Shown here: piece by piece, positions 38,988-48,628 of the stretch | Layout of the letters: each line of letters begins with the position of its first letter | Position numbering within the stretch: the first letter of the stretch is position 1 | Source: Bacillota bacterium | GTDB taxonomy: Bacteria > Bacillota > Clostridia > Acetivibrionales > DTU013 | DNA: 64,000 nt | Direction: 5' to 3' | Assembly: GCA_023409735.1 (NCBI GenBank) | Contig: JAEYRB010000023.1 | Coordinates: 1,482 to 65,481, forward strand | Notes under the pieces: model-generated | Databases searched by the model: none | What the model was told of the DNA's origin: nothing | The model's input: the letters and a program-made list of their open reading frames with translations, nothing else | Translations under genes and position numbers: made by a program

Positions 38988-39833
38988 TTACAGAAGCTTT
39001 CTACTTCTGCAAAAATCCATGATGTCAGCTACGACTTCCTCTTTATGCTCCTGATCCAGCGCATGGCTGGCATCCTCGTATAGAATGAGTTTTGATTTTG
39101 GCACCGCGCGCACAGAACGGAGCAGATTCTCCGGAAGACTGATAGGGTCATGGATGCCACCAAGGAGCAAAGTAGGAACTTTGATCTGGTTTAAAACAGT
39201 AACAAGTTCATTTTCTGTTTTTATGTTCGCAAACGGTTTCTTAGGATTTAATCGCGCTTCCTCAAGACTCAAGCCTCGCCACCAGGACATCTGTTCCTTA
39301 TGTAGAGCAACGGCACGCGCCCATTCCTCTTCAGTTATATAATCTGGCCGATGTGGCTGTGATCTTCTCTCTATTTCGTCACAGTATGCCTTCCAGGTTT
39401 CATTACTCTGTGCGGCACGAATAGTACGCATTCTTGCATCCCCGGTCTCTTCACCATCCTTGCTGTGCGGACCTGCTACAATACCGAAAAAGCCACGCAA
39501 ACGCTCTGGATGATTAACACACAGATGCCAGCCAATACCCGCTCCATGCGACATTCCTGTATAAAAGAATTGGTCAATTCCCATAGCGTCAGCAAAATCA
39601 CATGTATCCTGTGCCCATACATCATACCAGGTATTACCCAGATCCTGCGTTACATGAGTAGACTGACCATAACCACGGATCGTAATATTAAAGACATGAA
39701 AGCTTTCTTCGGCAAGGTCAATTGTCCAGTTTTGAATTTTTGAATGATTTTGCTGGCAACAGAGCAAATATTGCTGTCCTTTGCCATATTCCTCATACTC
39801 CAGCTGAATATTTCCTAATTTTTTAATTAACAT
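38988..39833 (-). CDS. Alpha/beta hydrolase
   Basis: GxSxG elbow GMSHG and C-terminal His context ASHALDQEH. GGAGG lies 8 nt before ATG 39833; the track ORF extends to 39884. Confidence 0.75.
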   Translation of the reverse strand: MLIKKLGNIQLEYEEYGKGQQYLLCCQQNHSKIQNWTIDLAEESFHVFNITIRGYGQSTHVTQDLGNTWYDVWAQDTCDFADAMGIDQFFYTGMSHGAGIGWHLCVNHPERLRGFFGIVAGPHSKDGEETGDARMRTIRAAQSNETWKAYCDEIERRSQPHRPDYITEEEWARAVALHKEQMSWWRGLSLEEARLNPKKPFANIKTENELVTVLNQIKVPTLLLGGIHDPISLPENLLRSVRAVPKSKLILYEDASHALDQEHKEEVVADIMDFCRSRKLL

Positions 39834-39890
39834 TTCATTTACCTCCAGCAGATCGGCTATCATATAGTAGCACGTATCTGCCAATTTTAT

Positions 39891-41459
39891 TTATATACGC
39901 TTTGCCCTGATATAGTTAGCATGAATACAGCTTCGCCAGTGTTCATTTACGACATCTGTAGGGCTGCAGCGCAAATTATGTGCAATACCATTTTCCTGTT
40001 CAAGAATCAGAGAATTTGTGCATGTAAAATCCAGCGTTAAAATATTGCTGCCCATCCATGCATCGCTTCTAAACCAAAGTTCATATCTATACGGCGAGGC
40101 CCAGCGTCCTGCCGCATAACCCTCTTTTGTGTCATATCCCACATTTGTGTCAAGCCGAATACCATGATCCATTATTCTGTGTTCCGAGGGAGACTGCATT
40201 TCCATAAACCTTAAAGGAATATGACATGAGACCCATTTCCCATTTGGCGGCAGCAAAAGTACTTGCCTTTCATGCTCCGTCCAAAACTCCAGCCGTGTTT
40301 CCCGACTCAAAGGCGAAAAAGAAAGCTTGTTAATCCCGAAAAATGTTTCCGGTAGTACAAAATGCCCACCAAAATCCATGGCCGGTTGCGCCTCATCTCG
40401 GCCACACAAGTTCAGGTGTTCACTCTTTTCCAGCAGTCGAGCATAACTTTTGGGCGATTCGGGTATAGGATAAGCAAACATGTTACTGCTCAAGTACTTC
40501 CAAAGTAATTTCATAATTCGATCGGAACGTGGTTCATTTCCATGGATTGCTACGACAATATTCTGCTCAGGCAGTACAATACCAAGCTGGCCTGCGCCTC
40601 CATTCAGTGTAAAGCCGCCAAAATGATTGCGCCAGATTTGAAATCCGTATCCCGATCCCGGCTGAGTAGGAAATTCAGGTATGTCAATCATCTCTTTGCA
40701 GTTGGAGGTAGGAACCTGCCATGCACAAGCAGCCTTCACAATATCTGCCTGCAAAAGCTGTTTTCCATTCCATTGCCCGGCTTTTGCAAAAAATAATGAT
40801 ATTTTCAAAAAGTCAACTGTCCTTAGACAGAAAGTGGGCAGATCATCTCGTGCCCCTCTGCTCTCAATCCGCACTTCTGAAATTCCAAGTGGTTCAAATA
40901 ATCTTGGAGCGAGATACGAAGACACCCTATGCCCGGTCTTTCTAAATATAATCTCCGCAAGAATGTCAGGTATTCCGTTATCATAGAAAAAATGAGTACC
41001 CGGTTTATCAACAAATGGCTCCCTAAAGAATGCAGCAATAGGATCATCAGCTGCATGCATTTTGACATAGCTATCCTCCCTATGTCCAGCGTGCATCGTT
41101 AAGAGATTATATACTGTCATTCCTGCTGCAGCTTTATCTGCATATTCTGCTGCCTCAGGCAAAAGCTCTAATACATGATCTTGCAGAGAAAAAAGATCCT
41201 CCTCAACAGCAAACAGAACCGCTGCTGCAACAAGAGTCTTTCCTGCAGAACAAATTCGCTGTAGCTTATCAAGTCCAAACGGTTTCCAGAAGCAATTCAG
41301 CAGAAGCTTCTCATTTCGCAGAAGCAAAAGACTATGCAGCTCCAGATGCTCTCGCTCTACAGCATCGAGAAACGCTAGCAATGCTTCGGAACGGATACCT
41401 TCAGATTCCGGCGTTGCAGTTCTCCATTCAATGGCCACGTGCATACTTACCCCTTTCAT
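39891..41459 (-). CDS. Beta-lactamase-fold serine hydrolase (class C / D-aminopeptidase-like) with a roughly 170-aa C-terminal extension
   Basis: SxxK = SAGK and YxN = YDN. 522 aa. ATG 41459 overlaps the ATPase stop (ATGA); an alternative ATG at 41444 has AAAGGGG upstream. Confidence 0.8.
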   Translation of the reverse strand: MKGVSMHVAIEWRTATPESEGIRSEALLAFLDAVEREHLELHSLLLLRNEKLLLNCFWKPFGLDKLQRICSAGKTLVAAAVLFAVEEDLFSLQDHVLELLPEAAEYADKAAAGMTVYNLLTMHAGHREDSYVKMHAADDPIAAFFREPFVDKPGTHFFYDNGIPDILAEIIFRKTGHRVSSYLAPRLFEPLGISEVRIESRGARDDLPTFCLRTVDFLKISLFFAKAGQWNGKQLLQADIVKAACAWQVPTSNCKEMIDIPEFPTQPGSGYGFQIWRNHFGGFTLNGGAGQLGIVLPEQNIVVAIHGNEPRSDRIMKLLWKYLSSNMFAYPIPESPKSYARLLEKSEHLNLCGRDEAQPAMDFGGHFVLPETFFGINKLSFSPLSRETRLEFWTEHERQVLLLPPNGKWVSCHIPLRFMEMQSPSEHRIMDHGIRLDTNVGYDTKEGYAAGRWASPYRYELWFRSDAWMGSNILTLDFTCTNSLILEQENGIAHNLRCSPTDVVNEHWRSCIHANYIRAKRI

Positions 41460-43471
41460 TTACTTGCCTGAAAACAGGCCACAAAATGTCCTGGCTGTAC
41501 CTCCTTCAGTGAAGGAATTGCATTGCAGCAGGCATCTGTTGCATAATCACAGCGATTATTAAACGGGCAACCTGCAGGCCGCTTAATAATACTTGGAACC
41601 TCGCCTTTAAGAACTACCTTTTTACTGTTGTTTTCAGCTTCAGGATCAGGCAGGGGAACTGCACACATCAGTGACTGTGTATATGGATGCAGGGGATTAT
41701 TATAAAGATCTTCACTAGATGTCAGCTCCACTATCATCCCAAGGTACATAACAGCTACACGATGACTAATATGCTTTACTACAGACAGATCATGTGCCAC
41801 AAATAGATACGACAGATTTAACTCATTTTGTAGATCCTCCAGCAAATTTATAATCTGTGCCTGAATTGAAACATCCAGCGCCGAAATTGGCTCATCACAG
41901 ATAATAATTTCAGGTTTGCAGGCTAATGCACGAGCAATACCGATACGCTGTCTTTGTCCTCCTGAAAACTCATGTGCTACACGCTCACGCATGGACGGCT
42001 CCAAACCAACCATACGAAATAACTCATCCACACGTCGGTCATATTCCGCATTGCTTTTAACAAGGCCATAGGGATAAAGAGGCTCTCCAACCAGGCTGCC
42101 GGCAGTTTTTCTTGGATCCAGTGAACTGTACGGGTCCTGAAATATCATCTGAATTCTGCGCCGTTCTCTACGAAACTTGTGTTCAGGTATAGAGAGGATT
42201 TCCTGTCCATCCAGATAAACACTGCCCTTTGCCTCATCTAGCAGCTTTAACACCGCTTTAGCAGTTGTTGTTTTTCCACATCCCGACTCTCCTACTAGTC
42301 CCAGTGTTTCACGTTTATGCAGCTGAAAGTTGACATTCTGCAATACATTCAGCGAGCCAACCTTCTTCATGAACAGGCCCTTTTTAATTGGGAAGGATAC
42401 GCAGATATTTTCTGCCTTCATTACCACCTGCTCTAAAGGAATAGCTTTTTGCTTTTTCTCTGCAGCCGTCCATGCACGCTCCTGTGTGTCAAGCTCATTT
42501 GCATTAAGAAAGCATGCGACAAAATGACCGGTGCTAATTTCCCTCAGGGTCGGTGTGCTGCCTTTCTCGCACTGATTACAAGCATACTTGCATCTATCAC
42601 GGAACTGACATCCCGGCTTTCGGTCAGAAGGAGAAGGCGGAGTGCCTTCAATAGGCGTCAAACGGTCACTTTCGACATCCAGCCTGGGGATTGCCTTTAA
42701 CAGTCCCCTTGTATAGGGATGTGATGGTGATTTAAAAATTTCCAAAGTCGTGCCTGATTCAACAATATTTCCGGCATACATAACATAGATACGCTGAGCG
42801 TATTTAGCGACTATCCCGAGATTATGAGTAATCATAACCAGCGCAGAATGATTCTTTCTTGACAGAGACTTCAGCAGATCGAGGATTTGCGCCTGAGTCG
42901 TCACATCCAGCGCGGTTGTTGGCTCATCAGCCACTATCATATCCGGATTGCCAGCTATGGCAATTGCTATCATAATTCTCTGGCGCATACCTCCGGAAAA
43001 CTGATGAGGATAATCGTCGAGTCTGTTTGCTGCGTCAGGAATTCCAACCTGCTCAAGCAGCTCTGCAGCCCTTTTCCTCGCTTCTTGCTTTGAAGCCTTA
43101 CAGTGGAGCACTATTGACTCCATCAGTTGATAGCCCACTGTTTTTACGGGATTCAGGGACGTCATCGGCTCTTGAAAAATCATACCGATTCGACCGCCGC
43201 GCACACTGCGCATATATGCACTTTTAGCTTTATGGGTAAGAAGATCTTCCCCTTCCAGCAGTACCTGTCCACTTTCGATTTTTCCGGGTGGTGTAGGGAT
43301 CAGCTGCAGTGCGGCCAGCTGAGTCTGGCTCTTCCCTGAACCGCTTTCCCCAACAATACCGATAATCTCACCGCTATCCACATATAAAGATACGTGATCC
43401 ACTGCACGTGTTAATCCATCAGTATTTTTATAGGTTACAGATAAATCTTTTATTTCCCAAAAATGTTCCAT
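41456..43471 (-). CDS. Fused double ATP-binding subunit of a peptide-type (DppD/DppF-like) ABC importer
   Basis: Two Walker A motifs (GESGSGKS, GESGCGKT), two signatures (FSGGMRQR, FSGGQRQR), and two C-terminal oligopeptide-type Cys-rich tails. The start is MEHFWEIKD at 43471, after the permease stop. Confidence 0.9.
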   Translation of the reverse strand: MEHFWEIKDLSVTYKNTDGLTRAVDHVSLYVDSGEIIGIVGESGSGKSQTQLAALQLIPTPPGKIESGQVLLEGEDLLTHKAKSAYMRSVRGGRIGMIFQEPMTSLNPVKTVGYQLMESIVLHCKASKQEARKRAAELLEQVGIPDAANRLDDYPHQFSGGMRQRIMIAIAIAGNPDMIVADEPTTALDVTTQAQILDLLKSLSRKNHSALVMITHNLGIVAKYAQRIYVMYAGNIVESGTTLEIFKSPSHPYTRGLLKAIPRLDVESDRLTPIEGTPPSPSDRKPGCQFRDRCKYACNQCEKGSTPTLREISTGHFVACFLNANELDTQERAWTAAEKKQKAIPLEQVVMKAENICVSFPIKKGLFMKKVGSLNVLQNVNFQLHKRETLGLVGESGCGKTTTAKAVLKLLDEAKGSVYLDGQEILSIPEHKFRRERRRIQMIFQDPYSSLDPRKTAGSLVGEPLYPYGLVKSNAEYDRRVDELFRMVGLEPSMRERVAHEFSGGQRQRIGIARALACKPEIIICDEPISALDVSIQAQIINLLEDLQNELNLSYLFVAHDLSVVKHISHRVAVMYLGMIVELTSSEDLYNNPLHPYTQSLMCAVPLPDPEAENNSKKVVLKGEVPSIIKRPAGCPFNNRCDYATDACCNAIPSLKEVQPGHFVACFQASK

Positions 43472-43481
43472 ATAATATCTC

Positions 43482-44339
43482 CTATAACGTTCCTCTAAGT
43501 CGCGGATCGATTGCATCACGCAGACCGTCACCAAGGATATTGAAGCCCAGAACCAGAAGCATGATGCACAGTCCTGGAGAAAGCGCATACACTGGATTTA
43601 TTAACATCATTGTATAGGATTCGCTTACCATTCCTCCCCAGCTAGCGGTAGGTGCCGACACACCAAGGCCAAGAAAATTAAGACTTGACTCGCATAAAAT
43701 TGTTGTGCCGATATTAGCAGTTAAAACTACCAGTACAGGAGAGATACAGTTTGGCAGCAAATGCAGCCATATTTTTCTTTTGTTGCTTATTCCAAGTACC
43801 TTTTCAGCTGTCATAAAATCTGAGTTGCGAATTTGCAAGACCTGTGCCGACATGATTCTCGCATATGTAGGCACAGTCGCCAGTCCGAGAACAATCATCA
43901 AGCCCAGAATAGATCCTGTTTTGAACATCATACTCAATGCCATAGCCAGCATAATGTTAGGAATAGACATCAGAGCATCGATTATACGGGATAAAACAGA
44001 GTTAATCACCCCACCGTAAAATCCGCAGACAAGGCCGATTGTAACACCTATTACAGCTGCAATTATCACTGAAGCAAAACCAATTAAAAGCGAAGTACGT
44101 GCACCAAACATTAATCGGGTCAAAATGTCACGTCCTAGCTTATCTGTTCCCAGCAGGTGCTCCGCGGAAGGTGACTTTAACGTTGTTTTAATGCTTGTAA
44201 GGTATGGATCGTAAGGAGACAATATAGGGGCAAAAATTGCCGCAAGAATAAATAACATAACAAGAATAGCGGCAAATACCACCAGTTTCCTACTGAATAA
44301 CGTTTTAATTGTATATGCGAATCTGGATTGATGTTTCAT
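43482..44339 (-). CDS. ABC importer permease (DppC/OppC-like)
   Basis: 285 aa and 6 TM, with an EAA-loop region and the C-terminal DAIDPRLR motif. Confidence 0.9.
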   Translation of the reverse strand: MKHQSRFAYTIKTLFSRKLVVFAAILVMLFILAAIFAPILSPYDPYLTSIKTTLKSPSAEHLLGTDKLGRDILTRLMFGARTSLLIGFASVIIAAVIGVTIGLVCGFYGGVINSVLSRIIDALMSIPNIMLAMALSMMFKTGSILGLMIVLGLATVPTYARIMSAQVLQIRNSDFMTAEKVLGISNKRKIWLHLLPNCISPVLVVLTANIGTTILCESSLNFLGLGVSAPTASWGGMVSESYTMMLINPVYALSPGLCIMLLVLGFNILGDGLRDAIDPRLRGTL

Positions 44340-44351
44340 ACCATTCCCTCC

Positions 44352-45296
44352 TTACTGAATCCGAATTCTAGGATCAAGATATCCGTAGCAGATATCAACG
44401 ATAAGATTAGACACCACAACCACAATAGCGATAATCATAACACAGGCTTGTATGACCGGCAGATCTCTTGCCAGAATACTTGCAACAAGCAAAGAGCCCA
44501 TGCCTGTTATAGAAAATACTGTTTCAATTGTCACAGCTCCGGAAACAATATTACGCAGGCTCATTCCAATAATCGTAATAACCGGAATAATAGCATTTTT
44601 CATAGCATGTCTCATGATTACCCGGCTTTCCTTCAAACCTTTAGAACGTGCTGTACGTATATAATCCTGACGGACTACCTCCAGCATACCTGATCGCATT
44701 TGTCTTGTCATACCGGCAATTGCTCCTACACTTAGGCAGGCGACCGGCATAATTGTCTGCTTAATGCTCATTGCCAATCCATCTGATGGAAACGAAAAAC
44801 CAAAGGACGGAAGCCATTCAAGCTTCATCGAGAATATATACATACCAACAACTGCCAGCCAGAAGCCAGGTACAACAGAGCCAAGATTAGCCAGGACAGT
44901 CAGAATATTGTCAATCAGTTTCCCACGGTTAGTGCCGCACAATGTTCCGAACAAAATACCCAATAATATACTTATTATTAGAGAAATGACTCCAAGATAC
45001 ATAGTAATTGGAAGCCGCTGTTTCAAAAGCTCCTGTACAGGTATCGTATAGCGGTAGGATTCCCCGAAATCACCCAGAGCAAACTTGCATACCCAGTGCC
45101 AGTATCGGACTGAAATGGGCTTATCCAATTCCATTAATTCATACTGTGCCTGATACTGCTCCATCGTAATATCAGGGCCCAAAATAGCGTAAACAGGATC
45201 GCCCGGTATCAGATACATCATAAAATAGGAAAACAGGGAGATCAAGATGATTACGACCAGTGCTTGTATAAGTCGCTTTACAATAAACCGGCTCAT
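44352..45296 (-). CDS. ABC importer permease (DppB/OppB-like)
   Basis: MSRFIVKRLIQALVVI N-terminus, QDYIRTARSKGL EAA motif, and C-terminal YLDPRIR. Confidence 0.9.
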   Translation of the reverse strand: MSRFIVKRLIQALVVIILISLFSYFMMYLIPGDPVYAILGPDITMEQYQAQYELMELDKPISVRYWHWVCKFALGDFGESYRYTIPVQELLKQRLPITMYLGVISLIISILLGILFGTLCGTNRGKLIDNILTVLANLGSVVPGFWLAVVGMYIFSMKLEWLPSFGFSFPSDGLAMSIKQTIMPVACLSVGAIAGMTRQMRSGMLEVVRQDYIRTARSKGLKESRVIMRHAMKNAIIPVITIIGMSLRNIVSGAVTIETVFSITGMGSLLVASILARDLPVIQACVMIIAIVVVVSNLIVDICYGYLDPRIRIQ

Positions 45297-45333
45297 GACA
45301 TGCTCCTTTCTTTCAGGAGAATATTTAAATATA

Positions 45334-45361
45334 GCAGGGGGACGGTCGGTATTCCCCCTGC
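45334..45361 (-). promoter_or_regulatory. Intercistronic GC-rich stem-loop between the SBP and permease genes
   Basis: GCAGGGGGA-10 nt-TCCCCCTGC (9-bp stem) with no strong T-run. It is a typical mRNA-stabilising or partial-termination element after binding-protein genes. Confidence 0.4.
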
Positions 45362-45384
45362 ATTAAATTTCTGAATTTTAAATA

Positions 45385-47031
45385 TTATTTTGTAAAGTGT
45401 GCTGTTTCCGGTGTCCAGATAATGTAATTGATCTGATAGATACCATGATCTGCAACATTGCCATTAGTGAAGATTGCGCTACTACTGGTCCACATAGGAA
45501 GCAACTGGCAGTAGTCGTCAATGACCATCTTGGAAAGCTGTTGGCTATAATTCTTCTTTTCATCAAATGTCTTGCAGCTCATTGCATTCTGCAGTGTTTC
45601 AACGATATCATCGTAGTGATTAACTTGGTTGACCCAACGGACTCCATCGGGTAAGAATGTACGGTTGTAATAAGTACTCAGATCAACTTCCGCACGACCG
45701 GCACTGAGAACCATACCTGTGTATGCTTCACCCTTAACACCAGATAAATCATCAAGGCGGGCCTGCTCTATAGCTTCAATGGATGCTTTTATTCCAACCT
45801 CAGCCAAGTAATCCTGAACCAGGACACAAATTGATTCAGATTCGCTGCTGTTAGTCATATAATATATTACCATATCAAAACCATCCGGGTAACCGGCCTT
45901 TTTTAAATAATCCTTTGCTGCTTGCGGATCATACGGATAACCCTTTGTTTCAGGATTACTTGACCATACGTTATTGGGACCCCATTGAATAGTGCGGTCA
46001 TATATAGCACCAGTCTGTGAAGAGCAGTACTCCCAGATTGCATCCATATCAATAGCAGAAGCTATTGCACGGCGAGCATCAACATTTCCCATAGGGCCTT
46101 TATCCTGGCAGCTAAACCAGAATATTGATGTAGCAGCGCCACTTACAAGAGGCTTGGTTTCGGACGTAAATCCTTTAGATTTCAGGGTCATACTTGTGTC
46201 ACTTGAGCAATCAATGATCGCATCAACTTCTCCTGCCATAAATGCTGAAGACTGTGTAGCTGCATCCTTTATGAAATGGAATTCAACGCCATCCAAATAA
46301 GGCATTCCATCAATCCAGTAATCTTTATTGGCTTCAAATACAACCTTCTGATCAGTTACCCAGGATGCAAACTTGAATGGTCCTGTACCAACCGGATTAC
46401 GGTCAGCAGCGTCGGTTCCATTAGCTTCAGCATAATCCTTAGAAATTATAGTACCGGCAGTATACAAGCAAGCAGTAGCTATAGAATTGGACCAGTTTTT
46501 AAGATGCACAACAATTGTATGTTCATCAATTATTTCATATTTATCAACACCGGTCAGTTCCATATTGCCGCATTCAGTCCACTTTTCCCAGTTCCATACA
46601 ACAGCTTCGGCATTGAAATCAGAACCGTCATGGAACTTTATACCTTCGCGCAGATGAACTGTTAAAGTCATTGCGTCAGGATCTTCTTCATATGCTGTGC
46701 ACAGCCAAGGTTGCAAAGTACCATCCTCATTATAGCGGCATAGATGCTCTAAACATGTATCAGCGATTAAGGAGGCCTGGAAGGTCAAGCTCAACTGCGG
46801 ATAACCAATGTGAAGAACGTCTGTACCGAGCCCAATTTTAAAGACACCGCCATATTTCGCCGCATCCCCATCTGTTGAAGGCTCTGCTTCCGTAGTTTGG
46901 GTTTGTTCAGTCTGTGTTTTATCCTGAGTTTCCGTCTCTTTGGTTGTTTCCTGCTTGCTTGTACATGCTGCAAGAGAGCATGCCATTACAAGTGCTAGGA
47001 ACAATGCAATCCACTTCTTTGTAGGTTTCAT
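45385..47031 (-). CDS. Family-5 (peptide/nickel/opine type) ABC substrate-binding lipoprotein
   Basis: Lipobox LVMACSLAAC, then a T/E/Q-rich linker. 548 aa. GGGGAGG RBS. Confidence 0.9.
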   Translation of the reverse strand: MKPTKKWIALFLALVMACSLAACTSKQETTKETETQDKTQTEQTQTTEAEPSTDGDAAKYGGVFKIGLGTDVLHIGYPQLSLTFQASLIADTCLEHLCRYNEDGTLQPWLCTAYEEDPDAMTLTVHLREGIKFHDGSDFNAEAVVWNWEKWTECGNMELTGVDKYEIIDEHTIVVHLKNWSNSIATACLYTAGTIISKDYAEANGTDAADRNPVGTGPFKFASWVTDQKVVFEANKDYWIDGMPYLDGVEFHFIKDAATQSSAFMAGEVDAIIDCSSDTSMTLKSKGFTSETKPLVSGAATSIFWFSCQDKGPMGNVDARRAIASAIDMDAIWEYCSSQTGAIYDRTIQWGPNNVWSSNPETKGYPYDPQAAKDYLKKAGYPDGFDMVIYYMTNSSESESICVLVQDYLAEVGIKASIEAIEQARLDDLSGVKGEAYTGMVLSAGRAEVDLSTYYNRTFLPDGVRWVNQVNHYDDIVETLQNAMSCKTFDEKKNYSQQLSKMVIDDYCQLLPMWTSSSAIFTNGNVADHGIYQINYIIWTPETAHFTK

Positions 47032-47065
47032 TGTTTTTCCTCCCCTTTTATTATGTATCTTTTAT

Positions 47066-47102
47066 TTTTTCCACACATGTGGAAAAATCTAAAACGTTTT
47101 AG
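47066..47102. promoter_or_regulatory. Two adjacent perfect palindromes (candidate operators) in the 5' UTR of the ABC/hydrolase operon
   Basis: TTTTTCCACA-CA-TGTGGAAAAA (47066-47087) and CTAAAACGTTTTAG (47089-47102). The second has the central-CG architecture of LacI-family operators. Confidence 0.45.
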
Positions 47103-47197
47103 CAAGGCGAGCCTTTACTAATTAATCTACAGGTTGGCTAAGTAATATATTTTTTTGTTTAAGTTATTTTTTTGCTATAACGATTTAGCACAAAAAC

Positions 47198-47226
47198 AGT
47201 ATAAATCCTTTAGTAACTAATGTCAA
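47198..47226 (-). promoter_or_regulatory. Sigma-A promoter of the ABC/hydrolase operon
   Basis: The minus strand reads TTGACA (47221-47226) - 17 nt - TATACT (47198-47203), about 160 nt upstream of the SBP ATG. Confidence 0.5.
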
Positions 47227-47310
47227 TAATAGATTTGAAAAAGGACATACGTTTTTGATTTGTAAAAGAATATAGGTTACGTGGGAATATTTCAATATTG
47301 GTGGTTATGA

Positions 47311-48435
47311 TTAAAAGACCTTTTCATGTAGATATTTTTCTATATAATCCACTACATAAAAAGAAAACTGCAACTGTTCACGTATTGAATGATCTTTCAG
47401 GGAAACACCCAAAAGCTCCTGCAGCTTCTCAAGCTTGTTAAGCATTGTATTGCGATGTATAAATAATTCTCTTGCTGTCTGGCTCATATTGCAATCATTT
47501 TCCAAAAATCTCCGCAAGACATGTGCAAAATTGGTATCATGTTTTCTATCATGCCGGAGGACATTTCCCAGAGCCGGGTGGCATAGATAGACCAGATCGT
47601 TCACCTTCAGTTCGCTTTTATATGCATTAGCACAGAATTCCGCTATATGATAATTGACATAATGCTCATAAAGAAATACTCTCTTACCATCTACTTGATG
47701 AAGCGCAATGCCAAACCTCATGGCTGCCTTCGCTTGTTGGTATAATGCTTTTACAGCGATTAGCCGTACAGCGCTGTTGGAAACAGCTGCATAAGCGGAA
47801 TTACTGTTCAGATAATCGTTCAGTACCTTATCAGGCAATGTAGGTACTGTCTCGTTTTCCTTTAGAGAAAGAAGTACCACGATGTCACCTTTGTATGCAA
47901 AAACTGAGTTCTGTTGCAAGATATGTCGAAGCTTTAGTACTGCACTTTCCCAAGGAGTGTTTTCAGAGTTCCCAAAAAAAGAAACCATAATAAGGCAAAA
48001 CCGTTTTGATAGCTGCAGTCCTAGCCCACGCACCAACTCTGCAACATTTTCACCGACCTGAAGCTTGCCCTCAATCAAACGAACTATCAGGCTGCCATAT
48101 CCGGTGGATGAATGTTCCTTTTGCCGCAGCGTGTGCAAAGCGCGCTGCGCACTAGCTGAAATGAAATTTGTCTGTAGCGGAAAGCAGACGATATTACTTT
48201 CCTCAGGTATAACAATGCTCTCAGGTAAATTGCCGGAGCAGAAAGCACATAGGTGATTCCCATTTTCACAGGATAAAAACGTTTGTATTTCATCTTGCTT
48301 TAGTACATAAATATTTGCAGGAGATGGGTTTGTGTCTGAAGGCAGCACACAAGCTTCGTCAGAAATTTCATCCATTCTGATCTGGTAGTAACTTATATCA
48401 AGTTGCATTTGTTCCAGTAATTGTGTTAGCCTCAT
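47311..48435 (-). CDS. PucR/CdaR-family transcriptional regulator
   Basis: C-terminal HTH NMSQTARELFIHRNTMLNKLEKLQELLG. 374 aa. Confidence 0.8.
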   Translation of the reverse strand: MRLTQLLEQMQLDISYYQIRMDEISDEACVLPSDTNPSPANIYVLKQDEIQTFLSCENGNHLCAFCSGNLPESIVIPEESNIVCFPLQTNFISASAQRALHTLRQKEHSSTGYGSLIVRLIEGKLQVGENVAELVRGLGLQLSKRFCLIMVSFFGNSENTPWESAVLKLRHILQQNSVFAYKGDIVVLLSLKENETVPTLPDKVLNDYLNSNSAYAAVSNSAVRLIAVKALYQQAKAAMRFGIALHQVDGKRVFLYEHYVNYHIAEFCANAYKSELKVNDLVYLCHPALGNVLRHDRKHDTNFAHVLRRFLENDCNMSQTARELFIHRNTMLNKLEKLQELLGVSLKDHSIREQLQFSFYVVDYIEKYLHEKVF

Positions 48436-48628
48436 AAATTTTTCTCCTTTGATGCAACTTTCGTTTCATCTTGCTAAAGTCCAAATTTGTGTAAAGTATA
48501 CATGACAGCTCCAAAAAACGGGGCAGGATGCACCTTCTATATTATCTACTCCATAAGCTATAATAACAAACAATAGTCTGCTTATTCAACATAAATTAAT
48601 GTACTTAAATGGAAGGGATGATATTAAT

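Noticed and set aside
43472-43588. Upstream extension of the ABC ATPase ORF (start at 43588)
   Set aside because: It overlaps the permease gene by 107 nt. MEHFWEIKDLSV at 43471, with its own RBS after the permease stop, is the normal start of such ATPases.
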